This document shows, piece after piece, positions 12,854-26,402 of a stretch of DNA of 64,000 nucleotides. The stretch covers positions 3,782,001 through 3,846,000 of the forward strand of contig CP110440.1 in NCBI GenBank assembly GCA_026914245.1, read 5' to 3'. The stretch is from Puccinia triticina (taxonomy: Eukaryota). Position 1 is the first letter of the stretch; every line of letters begins with the position of its first letter. Position numbers and translations under genes: made by a program. Below the pieces are notes generated by a model, which ran no database searches, was not told the DNA's origin, and saw nothing but the letters and a program-made list of their open reading frames with translations.

Positions 12854-15800
12854 TGTGAAGACCCCCGCGACATTGGGTCTTCACACGAGGGGTTATGGGA
12901 TCACCTAACCCTAAACCCCCTGCGAGACTCATACATAGACTCGACCCCGCTCTCCCCTAGTCGAGTAGAGATCTGATCTCTCTCAACTAGGTGAGCACCT
13001 TTCCTTCTTCTCTTTGTTTTCGATCTGTTTTGTCTGTGTATCTAGCCAGAGAGATCTGATCTCTCTCAACTAGACTTTGAAATACTAGTTACACCGTTTG
13101 GAACTAGAACTCAAACGGCTCTCGTCTCGTCATCTGCACCCGTTCTTCGTCGTCTTCAGTGAGGGTTCACAGAACCCTTACACTTTTTTTTTCTCGTTCC
13201 AAACAACCAGGATCATTCGGATCCCCCTTCAGTATCGTTACTCGCCGGTCAATCGTGACCTCTTGTTCTCGAATCGTGACCTCTCGTTCCCACACCCGGT
13301 CAATCGTGACCTCTCGTTCTCGCACCCGGTCAACTGCGACCATCGTATCGTGGGCGCTCGGCTCCCAACTCATCAATCTTCCCTCAGATCGTTCCCTCTT
13401 CTATCGCAACGGCCGGACAGGCCCATGACAACCCAAAACACAAACAGCGAACCCCTCCTGCCCATTACGGACCCCAAGGAAATCCTGCGAGCAGCTCGCC
13501 GCCGAGCTCGCCTTGACGCTGCGTTAACTACGACGAACCCTATTTCGGTCCCTCTCCCCTGCTCACCACCGCAGACTCACGCCACCATGCAACACCAGCC
13601 GCCAGGAGGCTCAAACTCACAACCCCCACCCAACCCCCCAGACTCAACGGACCAGGGGTTAGAAGGCGAGATGAGCATCACTGAAGCCTTTAAGGCCCTT
13701 TTGACCATTCAGAAGAATACCGCTGTACAGTTTCAAGCGGCCCAATTCCAGGCCGAGCGAGCGCAGGCAGAGCAGAGGAGCAACGCCGTCTTGATGCCAA
13801 ACGGCTTGCCGCTGTCGAGGAGCAGCGAAGACTGGACAACGAGAGGTTCATGGAGCAACGCTGCATCAATGCCAAACGGATTGCTTCCATCGATGAACAA
13901 CGTCGACTCGACAACAGCAGGTTCGACGAGCAACGCCGCATCAACGCTGAGAAACTCTCACTCCTGGAAGAAATCGCCAAGAACAGCGTCAATAGACCGG
14001 AACAATCCCAAATCTCTGCCACACAGGCAGACGGGCGCATCGACCTCACTCGTTTTCGAACCTCAGACGGCCCCCAATTCAAAGGTCCTTTCCAAGCGGT
14101 CGAGCCATTCCTAACCTGGATGCAAGGAGTAAAAATTTTCTTCTCCACCCGCAACGTCTCCCATTCGGACAATAAACGCTTGATCCTGGGCGCACTGATC
14201 TCCAAGACTAATCTTCTATCCTACTACGCCAATGTATTGGCTTCGTATGAGGGCAAGACCTGGGACGAATTCAGGAGCTGTTCATTCAAGTTCTGCCTGC
14301 CCAAGGACTGGCGCACAGAGCTCTGCCAAACCATTCAACACCTCGAGATGTCGAACTCCGAATCCTTCATGGAATTCAGCGGACGCGCCCGCACTCTGCA
14401 AAGTTTAGTCAACTTTGAAAAAGACTCCATCTCCGATTTCGACCTCGCCGAATTCGTTATGTTTGGATTGCCAAACACTCTTAAATCTAAGGTCAAGGAC
14501 TTTCAACTCCTTGCGGCCCAGAATTTCAGTTATACCGAATTCAAAAGCCGCACAAATGGGTTTTATGCCACGCTTCCACGCCCTAGACCTTCCACCGGCC
14601 GAGGACCGACCACAATGGCCTCCAACACATCGAACCAACTGGACCCCGAAGCCTATCTCTGGAGACTTTTCTCGTACCTTGACTCGGTTGGCAAATGCCA
14701 TTTCTGCAAGAAACACTGTGGGAACTTAGCCGGCGCATGCCCGGGGCCCCAAGAACGACGCATCTTCATTCCACCCTCCTTTGTGGTCCCACCGAAACCG
14801 GTGAACTACGTCGCCCCCCGAGCCTGGAAGAATGCCCAAGGACCATCGATTTCATCCGCTGGCAAAGCAACGGGACGACCAGCAGGAGTGGCCGCAGCGA
14901 GTGTAGAGGCCCCAGCTCTTGATGAAGCTGGCATATCCGCCGTCGCCATGATTGAAGGACACATGGAAGCCGAAGCACTTAACTATGGGGACGATCCGCT
15001 AAGCTTCATCGAACACGACAGGGAAGATTCGGAACCCTCGGACACCGAAGATACCCCGGTAACCGCCGAGACTCTTTCACTGGCCGACGCCTCGCAATCG
15101 GGATATCATGAGGGACTTCTTGAGTTCTTAGACAACCCCTCCGCAGCAGAGGTAGACGACAATGTGTAAACCACGACCCCCCTATCGACGACCACCATTG
15201 CCAACCCGGTACCAGCAATCCCACTCGGGATCCTCAATATTCATTCCCTTACACTCCTCTATTCCTACATACCTAGTCTGTTTTAACTCCGCGACCCCGA
15301 CTCAGCCGACCCCTGTTCCACAAGCCTCCAAACGACCTAACGCCGGCAACGCTGACGGAGGCGTAGGCACCCACAAAAAACCAGCTCCTCAACGATCAGC
15401 GGCCTCAACTTCCCATAAATACACACTTCACTCGACACATCCCCTCCGGCGCCCCCCTGTTCATTATCCTCGACCGCCCCACTTGCACTTGAACTCAACC
15501 GACCGCTCCCTCCTTTTTATAGGGGGGGAGATTGTGAAGACCCCCGCGACATTGGGTCTTCACACGAGGGGTTACGGGATCACCTAACCCTAAACCCCCT
15601 GCGAGACTCATACATAGACTCGACCCCGCTCTCCCCTAGTCAAGTATAGATCTGATCTCTCTCGACTAGGTGAGCACCTTTCCTTCTTCTCTTTGTTTTC
15701 GATCTGTTTTGTCTGTGTATCTAGCCAGAGAGATCTGATCTCTCTCGACTAGACTTTGAAATACTAGTTACACCGTTTGGAACTAGAACTCAAACGGCTC

Positions 15801-15861
15801 TCGTCTTGTCATCTGCGCCCGTTCTTCGTCGTCTTCAGTGAGGGTTCACAGAACCCTTACA
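12854..15861 (+). mobile_element. Non-autonomous gag-only LTR retrotransposon (Ty3/gypsy-type gag), 3008 bp
   Basis: 329-bp LTRs TG...CA at 12854-13182 and 15533-15861; TSD CTGAG (12849-12853, 15862-15866); PPT AGGGGGGGAG before the 3' LTR; no PR, RT or IN motifs inside. Confidence 0.95.
13425..15169 (+). pseudogene. Gag-like protein with one frameshift near 13780
   Basis: MTTQNTNSEPLLP... frame shifts into EQRRLD/EQRRIN coiled-coil repeats, then a retrotransposon capsid-like region (TWDEFRS...ESFMEFSGRARTLQ...FGLP) and a CHFCKKHC..C knuckle. Confidence 0.8.
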
Positions 15862-18800
15862 CTGAGTCAGAGCCGATGGATCCGGCTTGGTAGGAGAGAG
15901 TTGTTTGTCTGAGTTGTTGGTGGAAGCTTGATTGGCACGGGTGTTTGCCTTCTTTTGCGCTGCCGTCAAGGGAGCCTCGCTCAGGGAGTGCGTTTGCATT
16001 ATGATATAGGCCATCAGAACATCTATGATAACGTTGCGGAAGTCATGAAGGAGATTGACGGAGTGCATGCGCTGGTTGGGCTGAAGAGAACGGTCGCTCT
16101 GATCTGAGGGCGGGTCGAAGGTGGATGATGAGTTTTTCAAAGTGTTGAGGTAACGAAGTGCTTCGACGCCCCTTGTGACGTGATCGTCCGTTGGTTGGGA
16201 GTTGATTGGTGGCGGGATGAAAAAACTATCAGCCATCAGTTCAACGGAGGCGGCGACAACCTTGGCCCATTCGGCGGTGACGTATTGGGGGGGGTAGTGC
16301 AATCGGTACAAGCAACGGACAAGAGTGGACTCCGGGTGTTGAGTTCTTTTGAAAGGGGGAATGAAGGAGCCAGGCGCGAGGTCATTGTTCTTATTGCCGA
16401 ACTCAGTTAGCAGTGGGAAGTTGAGCAAATCCGGGCAATACCACTGCTCCTGATGAGAGGGGCTGAGGAATTCATCGGCTGAGGTAGAAGGAGACTGTCA
16501 GCTGTTGTAAATCAAGTCGCACCATCAACCAGCAGTCAAACTCACCCAGAGATGTTATTGTCTGGATCCAAGAGGAATAGGAGCAGGAGATGCGTCCCAA
16601 TTGGAAGGAGGGAGCGGCCAGAGGTGGATTGTGCAGACCCTGGGCGCAGTTTTCGAGCAAATGGGAGAGAGAATTCCAAGTGGCCACATACTTGGACCAG
16701 GACGGTTTCGATCCAGCCCACTCCTGAGTGATAGAAACCACTTGTGCTCGGATCTGGTCAGACTTAATGATTGTGAGGTGAGGAAGTGGAGAGGTGGCGG
16801 TCTGTTCGGATGATTCAGTTGGACGCTGATCAGTATGAGTTGTGGTCGAATTCGAGGGACCACTAGCAGCAGGAGTGGGGCCATGCTCAGCCGTAGGAAG
16901 CGGGAGGGATTGAGGCTCCCCGGATGTCTGATTCGCTGTAGCGTCTTTGTGAGGCGCGGGGGATAGGGATTGCTGGGGGGCCAAACCGTGTTTGGAAGTA
17001 GTTGATCACTTGGCGGTGGGATCGCTCAATCAAGGGTGTGTGGAAGCGTCTGGTTGCGCACCACCGGGCAGTGTGACTTGAGATGGGTCGTCGTCAGGTC
17101 TGGCAAGACGTAGATTTTGGCTAGTTTTGTTGGCAACGGCGTTGGGCTGCTGGTTGCCAAGGGCTGCCCAAAAGGATGGCTCAGCGCCGGCGGGGACCAC
17201 GTCTTCCCAGGAGAATTGGTCCTTGTCCAGCGAGTCGGTAGGTGGGAGGCCGGCTAGGGTTGTCTGAGGAGTCATGATTGGCGCTAGGGAAGTGCTGGCC
17301 GATGCTGGGGTCTTGTCAAGGAGATTGACCACCTTAACCGATTTCTCCTTTGGTCCTCGTTTGATGGGTGGCCGCTTGTGGAATGGCTTCCCCATTGAAA
17401 CCGCTGTGGTTGAGGGGCTGGTGGGTTGGGCAATTCCGATATCCTCGTCATCGGGGACAATGCCGGTTTGTTCCCATTCTGTAGGGAGAAGGTGGGTGGT
17501 GAGTTGCAAGGCATTGAATTGGTGGATCATGAGGATACAGGACGACCCACTTTGTCTGCTCCGTCTGATGGAAAATGCTAGATCTTGAGCTTTGCGTTTG
17601 CAGCTACGGGGTAACTTGAGGGCAAGGATTGCTAGAGCTTGTTGCTCGGCAGCTCCAATGCTGCGATCAAACTCATCCACGGTAATCTCCTGGATCTCGG
17701 TTGACAGAATGGATTCTTGAGGTTCAAGGGAGGCGGAGGATACCGACAGGAGGTTCTGAAGGGCAAACTGGGAGAATGAAGGTGGGGCAGTCGGAAGCCC
17801 CGGATAGTTCTGACGGAGGTCCTGTTCAGCTGATGCAACGCCAAATCAGCTTTGGCACGGCAGGACAAGCAGAAATGGCTGAGATTTGACTTACTGGGAG
17901 GTGGAGTGGCAGACAGCCGATCACTGGTAGGAGGGGTGGGTGTAGACTGGTCGGACGGGTTTGATGGAGGGCGATCACTCATGTTGGTGGGTGTGGATTA
18001 AATCTGAAGAGGAAGAATGGGTTTGAGAGTGGCGGAATGTGAGGAAAGCAGAGGACGATGAGTGGGCAAAAGAGCGAGGGCAGGGTCAGGAGAACCCGGT
18101 ATTTATGGGTGACAGAAGAAGGGGGCACTTGTCCTTTGTGGGGCCCCAATTGTATGGGAGCTGTGTGGGGTCACTTTCAACTTCTCCCTTTAAGAAGATC
18201 TACAAGAATGTTGGCTTTGGGTGACCGAATACCCCGCTGCTGATGATGGCTTCCCTTATTTGCACATGATGATATGTAATTGGGCAAGCGTGACACACGC
18301 TGAGCATGGGAGATCCGTTCCCACCCCCATGCTCAGCGTGCACAATGTGGCTCCTCCCGGTGATAGGCCAGGGAGAGATCCTTGATCAGGGCAATGATAT
18401 TGCGGGGTGAGGACGTGACTTGGTTCAAGGGCAGCGCGGCCGGATCTGTGCTGTGGCAGGGTAAATGTAGGGGGAGGACTGAGCATGTATGTAGCACTCG
18501 GTGCTGCATGCTCAGTCTTCCAGATGTTCTACCAAACGTCACAGTGGACAACATAGTTGCCTAGATTATCCATAGTGTGACACCTTGGCAGCGTGGCGAC
18601 GGCTTGGGTCAGCAGGTGGATAGATCTTGAAGTGGTGAATGAGCTCCCTGGGCAGGCGTTGACGGTGGGTCCTGCAGTTGGATCCTTTGTTACGCGGAGA
18701 ATAGCACAACTTGGGTGTCGAGATGATTCAGGCACGCCTGAAAGCTCATTGGGGTGGGGCCTTGGTAGGCTTGATCTGCCACATGGTTGAGACATCAGGC

Positions 18801-19813
18801 CCGGCTGATCATTTGGCATTTGTCCACCCTGACGTTCGGCCGAGCGTCATGGTGTGCATCAGATGCCGGCCGGCGTGGACAAGTCACAAGCACATATCAC
18901 AACCCCGCCACCGATTGTTGGTGCTTCAGCCGATCTCTGTATAACTCTGACGGCCCCACATGACCCTATCAATGCGCACCCACAGCATTATTGGCAGCGG
19001 TGCTTGGGTTTGGGAGACACGTGAAGCCGACCCAACTGCATTGCGGAAGGAGCGATGATTGAGCGCAGTGCCTCTGGTGGTGCTTATCAATCATTACTGA
19101 CACCGATGCGAGACAACCAATGAAACCAGAGGGTTTTGCACCGCACACATTGTGGGCTCCCCACCCTCTTCAGCCATAACATGACCCACCAGCTAGCCAG
19201 GAGGTCCCATCTTGAGCGTGTTTGGGTAGAATAGGAAGGGCAGATGAAGACTGGGAATGTGGCCCCGTGTTGGGGACCAATGATTGCTTGTGCAAGCAAC
19301 CTCACTCCGGTGGTGAAGGGCTGCCCCGGCCAACACCCCAAATTCATGAACCCACACCTCTCGCGTGGCCTGTAAACGCGTGCGCAAAGGAGCAACTCCA
19401 TCGGCTCTTGGGTGATGAGATGTCATTGCTGTAGGCAGCGAGGGTGATAGGTGCGCCGCAGGAGGGGTGACATCCTGTGCTTGTCCACCCCGACCTTTGG
19501 CCGATGGTTGTGGTGGACAGCGTATAGGGCAAGAACCCGGTCATGCCCACAGTGCCCACATGGTTGTCTCCCCCAACGTTCGGCCGGACGTGAGGGTGGA
19601 CACAAGCAGGGTGGCCTCGGAGTCCTGCCTCTGCCCGAGGGCCATGTAGCAAGGATGGGTGGAAAGTCAGCCTGAGCCTCACTCAGGGGTGACGCGTGTA
19701 TTGTCATCGTCTCTGAGGGCACTCATAAAGAGGTTACAACTACAAGATTTATATAAAGGGAATTATGAATTATACCGCTTTGTGGAGGCTCCATCCCTGC
19801 ATGGGACAGCCCT

Positions 19814-21514
19814 TCAAGTGTCCACCTGCATCATGCCCGTCGATATCACAGCGGGATTTGGAGCTGACCCACTGGGCCCCGCCGGTGGTAGGCCGGTGGA
19901 ATTTGGCGCTTGGGCGGATGAACTTGTGCCAGTGGTGCTAGTGTGTTGGAAGCAGATATCTTCTAGGTTTTTTGTGATCGTACTGAGGTCTATTGCTGCT
20001 ACCGTCGACACAGTCTCCTGCTCATAAGTGCTGAGTTTCGACCAGTATTCTTTCCTATAGCAATCGAGCGGCAATCCTCGGGCGACTCCAATGATTCCCT
20101 TTGTTGGTTTGAAGTTGCGTCGTGAGCGAGGATACATCTTGGCATGGGTTGCAATCGTTTGGCAGTGCTGTGCCTGGGCTTGGACCATCTTGTCGATGCA
20201 GTGGAGGATTGTCGTGAGGTCGTCGCTCCGCCATTCAGGCACAAGGCTGATCGGGTGGTTATTTGGGCCGCCATCTTCTATGTCAGAGCCGCACTCTTTC
20301 TGCTCCACAATGTGTGCCAGCGCGATATTTTTGGGAAACAGCTTGTCTACTGCTCCGCATCTGTTTTCCTTGATCTGCGTTTTGCGAGATGATGATTGGT
20401 CAATATACAGATTTGCAAGGCCGGGAAAATCTCCTCTCTGGATCTCGGAGTTACTTACCTTCTTCTTCCAGCGTTGGTATTGTCCCTTCGCCGATTTCTC
20501 GCCCTTCATCTGATTGTACACGTCAAGCGGCATATCTTGATAGTCCCGCAGCTCTCGTGCTTTAGTCTGGAGCCACCGATGGATGATCGCCGGGGCTTCG
20601 CCGGCTTGCGCGTCACTGACTTGGGTTGTTCGGCGAATCCACTCGACAGCCTTGACAGCTAGTAGCTCAACAACTGCTGAATTCCATCCAGAGCTGTCCC
20701 CCGGTCCCTTCGCCCATTCAAAGGTCATCCTACTTATGCCCGCGAATGCCAGGGACCTTTCGACATCAGCTTGGGTTTGGGGGCTGATTGGCTTGCAGCC
20801 TTTGGCTGCACGTTTGACAACAACCGAAGTGAATGGTGGTGAGACCGCATGGCGCCGTATCTCTTTTTCGGCAGTGGCAACAAAATGGTTGATTTCCGCG
20901 GGGCTCTTGCCGGATAGTGCTTCACGAAGTCGATCGAGCTGGGTTATTATAGCCTGACTTCTCTTTTCAACCCAGTATAGATCGGCTAGTCCTTTTTCAG
21001 TAGGAGTTTGGGGGTAATCTTGTGGTTTTTCCGGATAGCCAAGGAAAAACTTGACAAATCCTTGGATATCCCGCGAATATTTGTTGCAGTGCTTGGTGAG
21101 CGCGCCCTTTTCAGCTATTCCTTTTGCACAACGCCCGGATCGTCGTTTGCCGTTCATCTCCTCCGCTTCCATCCTCCCTTTCCTAGCATTCTCCACTACA
21201 AACTTTGGGTCCAATCGTGAGCTATCGCCGACCTCCACTGGTTTATTCTGGGCCTCCCCACGACCACCACCTAACAAAGAGGCAACAGATCAGCTGACTC
21301 GTGCTGTAATTTTAATTGCTGGGTACATTCTCAGATAGGACCTCGACTTGCCCTCAGCATCGGTGTTCATCGCGGATTGACCCTCCGGATTCGTGGCCCT
21401 ATCTTTAAACTCGGGGACCAGACAATCAACCAGGGCAGAGATCCATTGGACGTCTTGATCAGGACTGGGGGGGGGATCACCCTGCTGATCAGCGGGAGTG
21501 GTTGGGTTATTCAT
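19814..21514 (-). CDS. CACTA-associated accessory protein, paralog 1 (WRS / LPxDCY motif)
   Basis: Exon 1 from ATG 21514; phase-1 intron with probable GCAAGT donor to acceptor at 21271; long ORF 19814-21277 with an in-frame GTAAGT intron near 20375-20459. Motifs FEW..WN, SDIE, PEWRS, GLPLDCY..YW..L. Confidence 0.75.
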
Positions 21515-22004
21515 CTACGAAGTGTGTATGGCAGTAGTAGGCAGGGCCACCAGAGGCTAGGTCGATGGTGGTGAAGAAGGCCGTGGGATGGATCTGCTTG
21601 GGGGGAATGTGTGCCTGTTGTAACTTATAATCCAACCTGAAAAGATCAGAAACGAAGCTGGGGCCCAATGGGGGAATAAATATGTTGCAACTTAGGCGGA
21701 ACAATGCAATATCTGGATAATTATAAAGTCAAGACACAGTTGCAGCCGAGATACAACAGAAGAAGGAAAGAAGTTGGTCTGGGATCGGGTAGCCCTCGGG
21801 AGAAGAGGATGACCTCTTGAAGGCGCCCACCCCTTCTAATTGTGCCCTCCGCGGCTGGCCGAAAAACCTTCCCCGCAGACGCAACTGCTCCCCTTGATCC
21901 CTTTCTACAAGGAGTCTTCGACGAGGCTCTCCCAGCCCTTCGGGGACCCACACAGGCACAAACAATCATGATTAGGCACTGAGAAAACAACAAACAGAGG
22001 CCAT

Positions 22005-25000
22005 TCATGCAAGGTCACTCACCGCGGTACCCAATCCAACTGCACTGATTGTCTTTGCGGCAATACCGAATGTTCCCCCTATGTTGCGCGTCATAGCTGC
22101 ATGCCCAATCACCCAATTTGCCTCGACTACCACAGACGCATCATGATCGTCCCTGACCAGACAACAGTTGAGATCGGGATAGTCACCGTATGGATCTTTG
22201 AGTCTTTGGAGTTCCTTGAATGGGTTCACAATGAACCACCTCTGCTGAGGTGTTTGGTCAGATTCAAAGATGTGCTCTATCTGACCAAATCTTTGGTCCT
22301 TGCCCAAGTGAAACTCCACCATGCTGTTACCTTCATGATGCTCAACTGCCGTGAAGGTCTTGCGGTTGATCTGAAAGCTTCGGAGCACTTCCACCGTGGG
22401 ATCGAGGTTTTGCATAGCTGGAGTCAACTCAAGTTTGGCTCGTGTGCCTTCTTTTCCGCAGACCGCACGTTTCCACTTTTGCAACGTAGGCTGATCCAGG
22501 GTTAATTTGACCGGTGTTTCTGTATCCTCCTCCACACCTTCGGAGGAGTGTAACCCCTGTGTGTTGCGGCGAAGCAAACACAAATTTGAGTTGATATGCC
22601 ACTTGTGCAACAACGTCCTGGGAATATTGTCTGCAAAACATCAACAGTACATCAGGACCTGTTCCGCGTAGTAACATCGACAGAAATTTACACGAACCAA
22701 GGTGATGATTTGTGGTTAACCTCTGTAACATCCCGTTCACCCGCTCCTGCGCCCACGCCGCGGTTGATCGGGGAGGGCCAAACCTCCTGATAACATCGGA
22801 GAAGTGCTGGGTAAGATGCAGATTTGGTTTGCTGGTTTTACCAGGCCATCCTTTCTGCAGACAGTTTCGGTAACTCAATATCAAGCTATCGAGCTCTCTG
22901 AGATCTCGGACGTGAATGCTCGGAAGAGTCAGGAAATGGGCAATTTTACCCAGTGTGGAGGTTGATTCTAGCAGGGCCAAGATTCGTTGTTCGCTTTCCG
23001 GCGTAGCAGCTTCCCCGAGAGACTTTACCCAGAGCGGAATGAGAGCAACAGGATAGTAGACCTTATATAGGATCAACCACTCGGCTGCCTTCAGTGATCC
23101 GTGAGTCGCAGAGCCCAAATTGTGAGGCACTCGATCAATCCACGACGGCAGAACAGTATGTAGGATGGTCCTTTGGACAACATCTAGTTCCTCCGGCAGA
23201 AGCTTGGGGTGATCCTTATCTTCAGCCGCTGCGACTGAGGCGAGAGTCCCCCTTTGCATACCTGTGACAGTGTAGTCACTGCCGGTCTCTTCATCACTGT
23301 TGCTCGGATCCTCATCTGGATTCAATTCGTAAAGTGCCTTCTTCCTTAGGCGCAGCGAATAGGAATGTGTTGATGCCAAATCAGAGCTTTCCCCGGGCCG
23401 GGCTCCGGAGGTGCCAGAGGAATCCAAGTGACTAGGAGGGGGGGCACTCGGACCAGCCTCATGAGGTGCACTTGACAGCTCTTTTTGGTAGGTCTTTCGG
23501 CTCTTGGACTTGCGGTTCCCAAATGATCTAGCTTCCTCTTCCCTTTTGACTTTCTCAACACACCAAACCGCTCGTTGAAAGGAGGCTCAGTGTAAGATTT
23601 ACTGTTCTGCCATGCATCGTCTAGCTCTTGCATGGACTTGAGTTGTGCCCCCGCTGCGGGCAGAGACAGGAACTGCATGCTGTGGTCTTTCAGATCACCC
23701 AGGACCAAAGCATGCATCAGTTCCACCGAGCAGTGTTGAATGGGTCGCCAGTAGGGCAACTCGTTCAGGACACTCCACCGCGCGCCCTTCTCTTTGGAGA
23801 ACCGCTTCCTTTCCGTGAAATTTTCCAATTTCTGCCACTCGGAGGCGTTTTGGAGGTGAACATCATCCGTCCGACGAAGAAACTTGTCGGGATCCGTCTC
23901 ATCTATTGCTGATTTTGGTAGCAGACAGAAAGAGCAAAACAAGGTCACCGCGTGACTTCCAAATCCGGCAGTCTTACGAAGCGCCGGTAGATCTGCAATG
24001 AGCGGGAAAACCGCAACACGGATGGTCCTCCCAACGACAGGAAGACTGGCAGACTGCAATGCAACCCCCTTCCAGAATTCCTTCAGCTCATCAACAAGAG
24101 GTTGCAAAACGTGGTTGAGTTGCTCCTGTCTAGGTTCCGTGGGGCCTGGGATAATTCCAAAGAGGAAAATGTTTTCCGGTTTGTATCGATGAGTTGCGGG
24201 TAGATTCAGGCAGACTAAAGTGATTGCCCCAACGGTTGTGTGTTTTCCCAGATTCAAGCTTCCTTCCGGGCCAAACCAATTGAGATATAAACTGAAGACA
24301 AGGTTCCCAGAAGTTTGTGTAAATCGTCCAGTGCCGTCATCTGAGTTGGGAAATTCGCGCCACACACAACCGTGCCAGACATCTTCCATGGGTTGATCTT
24401 CCTGCCAGTTGTTTGCCGCCAGACTGAACTCTAACAAGGCCTCAAAAGAAGGTTCCAGGAGGCGTCGCCGTAACCAAGACTTGAGAGAAACGTAGTTGAA
24501 TGTTCGAACAGGCGTTTTGTGACTGCTCTGATTGATCTTGTAAAGCGGCTCGTCACAAGTTGGAGTGAGTTTTTGCGACTCAGCCCACTTGCAATAACCT
24601 TGTTTAGGTGACAGGTAACGTTCTGTACATTGTTTACCCTTCCCATGTACGGTTGCCATTGGGTACAATTTGAAACAACGTACACAACATACTTGACTGG
24701 TCACCTCAGGGTTCAAGCCAAGCCGATGGAATACCGCCTCCTGCGTCTTTGGGATTTGTCGGACGATTGTGCTCGTGTCAATTTTTTTCCGAAGGGCCGA
24801 GCTCCATATCTTGCCGAGCAACACAACGTTTTCACGGGCAGCTTGTAAGAAATCCACCGCCCCTGCCTTGCTGAGCCTGTTGGAGAATACCGATGACGCC
24901 ATTTGGATCATCACTTGTTTGCAAAAGGCCTCATCCAGATAGACTAGTGTTGGATTTGGGGTGCCTCCTGAAACAGAAGTCGAGGCCTGCGGAGCACCCT

Positions 25001-25281
25001 TCAAATGTCCCCAGGTCAGCTGCCCAATCCTCAACGTCGAAGTCTCGGCAATGCTGATTTGGATTTCTACTCACTAAATCTTGGTTCGAGGGTCCTGAGA
25101 AATCTGCTGGTTGAGCCACGGTGCGCCTGGACAGCTCCAGGGCCACTTGCATCTGGTGCTTGTCAAAAACCCTTTTGGACACGACCCTGCCCGCGACAAT
25201 GACTCCGTCTTCCTCCTCGTGTTGCATGGTCTTGCACCCGGCGGGTTCACAATGACAGACATACTTGGGTGGGTTCACCAT
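22005..25281 (-). pseudogene. CACTA/EnSpm-like DDE transposase, multi-exon, apparently damaged
   Basis: N-terminal CHC..C; core LVFSLYL(N)WF, CLNLP..RYKPEN, GIIPGP.EP, PLVDEL..FW.G, ADLPA.RK.AGF.SH...FCSFC, VELMH, LKAAEW, KPNLH..H....RFGP....AW..ER.NG. Frameshift at a G run near 23440; the expected first catalytic D reads N. 3' end approximate. Confidence 0.88.
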
Positions 25282-26021
25282 ACTTTGAATCTATGCTGTG
25301 AGTATAGAGGTTTGGAGGGTAAGTAAAATATTTTGACTTGAAAAATATCACAAATTAAAGTCACGCCGGACTGGGATGACCACTGCTGTACTCCTAAAAC
25401 CACAGTTAATACTTCGGCCAATGCATGTGTGGGCTGTGTTGTAGAAGATTGTACAACCACCACAAACTGCCTAATAGCCACTCAATATGCGCTGCTATGG
25501 CCAGCTCCACGGCCTCCGCAAATCTTCGATTCACAAAGCACCCCTGCCCTTGGTCCATCATGCCATTGACACACAGCCAAGGCAGCCTATCTGATGACTT
25601 GCTGCCTGCCCGGCTTGGCACATGATTGTGCTCCTCATGTCTCAACACAAACACAATTAAACGTGGGGAGATGAGTTGCACTCGTGTCATCGCAACCTGT
25701 CTCCAGGCCAAAACCGCCTTTAACTCCACCAACTCGTCGTTGGCCACTCAACATAGTTGAGTCGCGATGACGAGATTCAGGCCCACTCTAGCTCCCCCAC
25801 TTGTCCCGGCATTGAAAAGCTGACCTTGTGGAACCCTTGCCTATCGTGTAAGTGTGCTGGACCCGTTCTGATAAGGACGTAATAGGGGTTATGGAGCCAA
25901 AGGCGTTTATATTCTCCCGCGCACTAGGGCCTCGTCCCAACATCAGAGAAAGCTCATTCTGCCAACACCAATCCATCACCCATCCACCGTGCCTCTCTAC
26001 TCATCAGATCAAACTCAGGAA

Positions 26022-26402
26022 ATGAACAACCCTTCTGTGTTCAATCCTAGTCAGCTTCAATGGCTTCGAGAGAAGCAGAAACTTGTCGACTCAGAAATGG
26101 ACCGCGTCGAAAGGGAATCAGCCACCAACGATAACAACTGGACCAATTGGAACCTTGCTTACCGATTTCAAGGCAAGTTGTACGCAGATGCGCATGGAAT
26201 TAAGATCCCCCAATGGGCAGTTCCAAATGTGACAGCGACCTGGAACGCAATCAGGATGCAAGCCGGAAGAGGTATGTGCAGCAGAAGACCCACCTCTTCT
26301 CAGTGACTGACAGAATCTTCACCCATCCACTTCCCGCCTCCAGGTCCGGTTAACTTTGAGACGGTATCTGCCCCTGAGGGAGTGACACCAGGACGCAGTT
26401 GA
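26022..26402 (+). CDS. Small 102-aa two-exon hypothetical cargo protein
   Basis: ATG 26022, GTATGT...CAG intron 26272-26343 with a CTGAC branch site, in-frame TGA ending at 26402. Confidence 0.55.

Larger units (their letters stand above)
12537..17982 (-). pseudogene. Large multi-exon hypothetical cargo gene, interrupted by the gag-only LTR element
   Basis: ORFs 17632-17982, 17030-17680, 16472-16984, 15835-16428 and 12537-12932 run in the same direction. Removing 12854-15866 joins ...PDPSALTQ|FPEAAVQKLQKYQKKQNFQPLVYFILAG in frame. P/S/T-rich N-terminal half and globular C-terminal half. 3' end uncertain. Confidence 0.7.

Noticed and set aside
12903..12920. Telomere-like CCTAACCCTAAACCC
   Set aside because: Only two imperfect units, part of the LTR and repeated in the 3' LTR.
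13098..14114. 338-aa ORF starting inside the LTR
   Set aside because: Chimera of LTR/leader sequence, the true gag start at 13425 and out-of-frame sequence after the frameshift.
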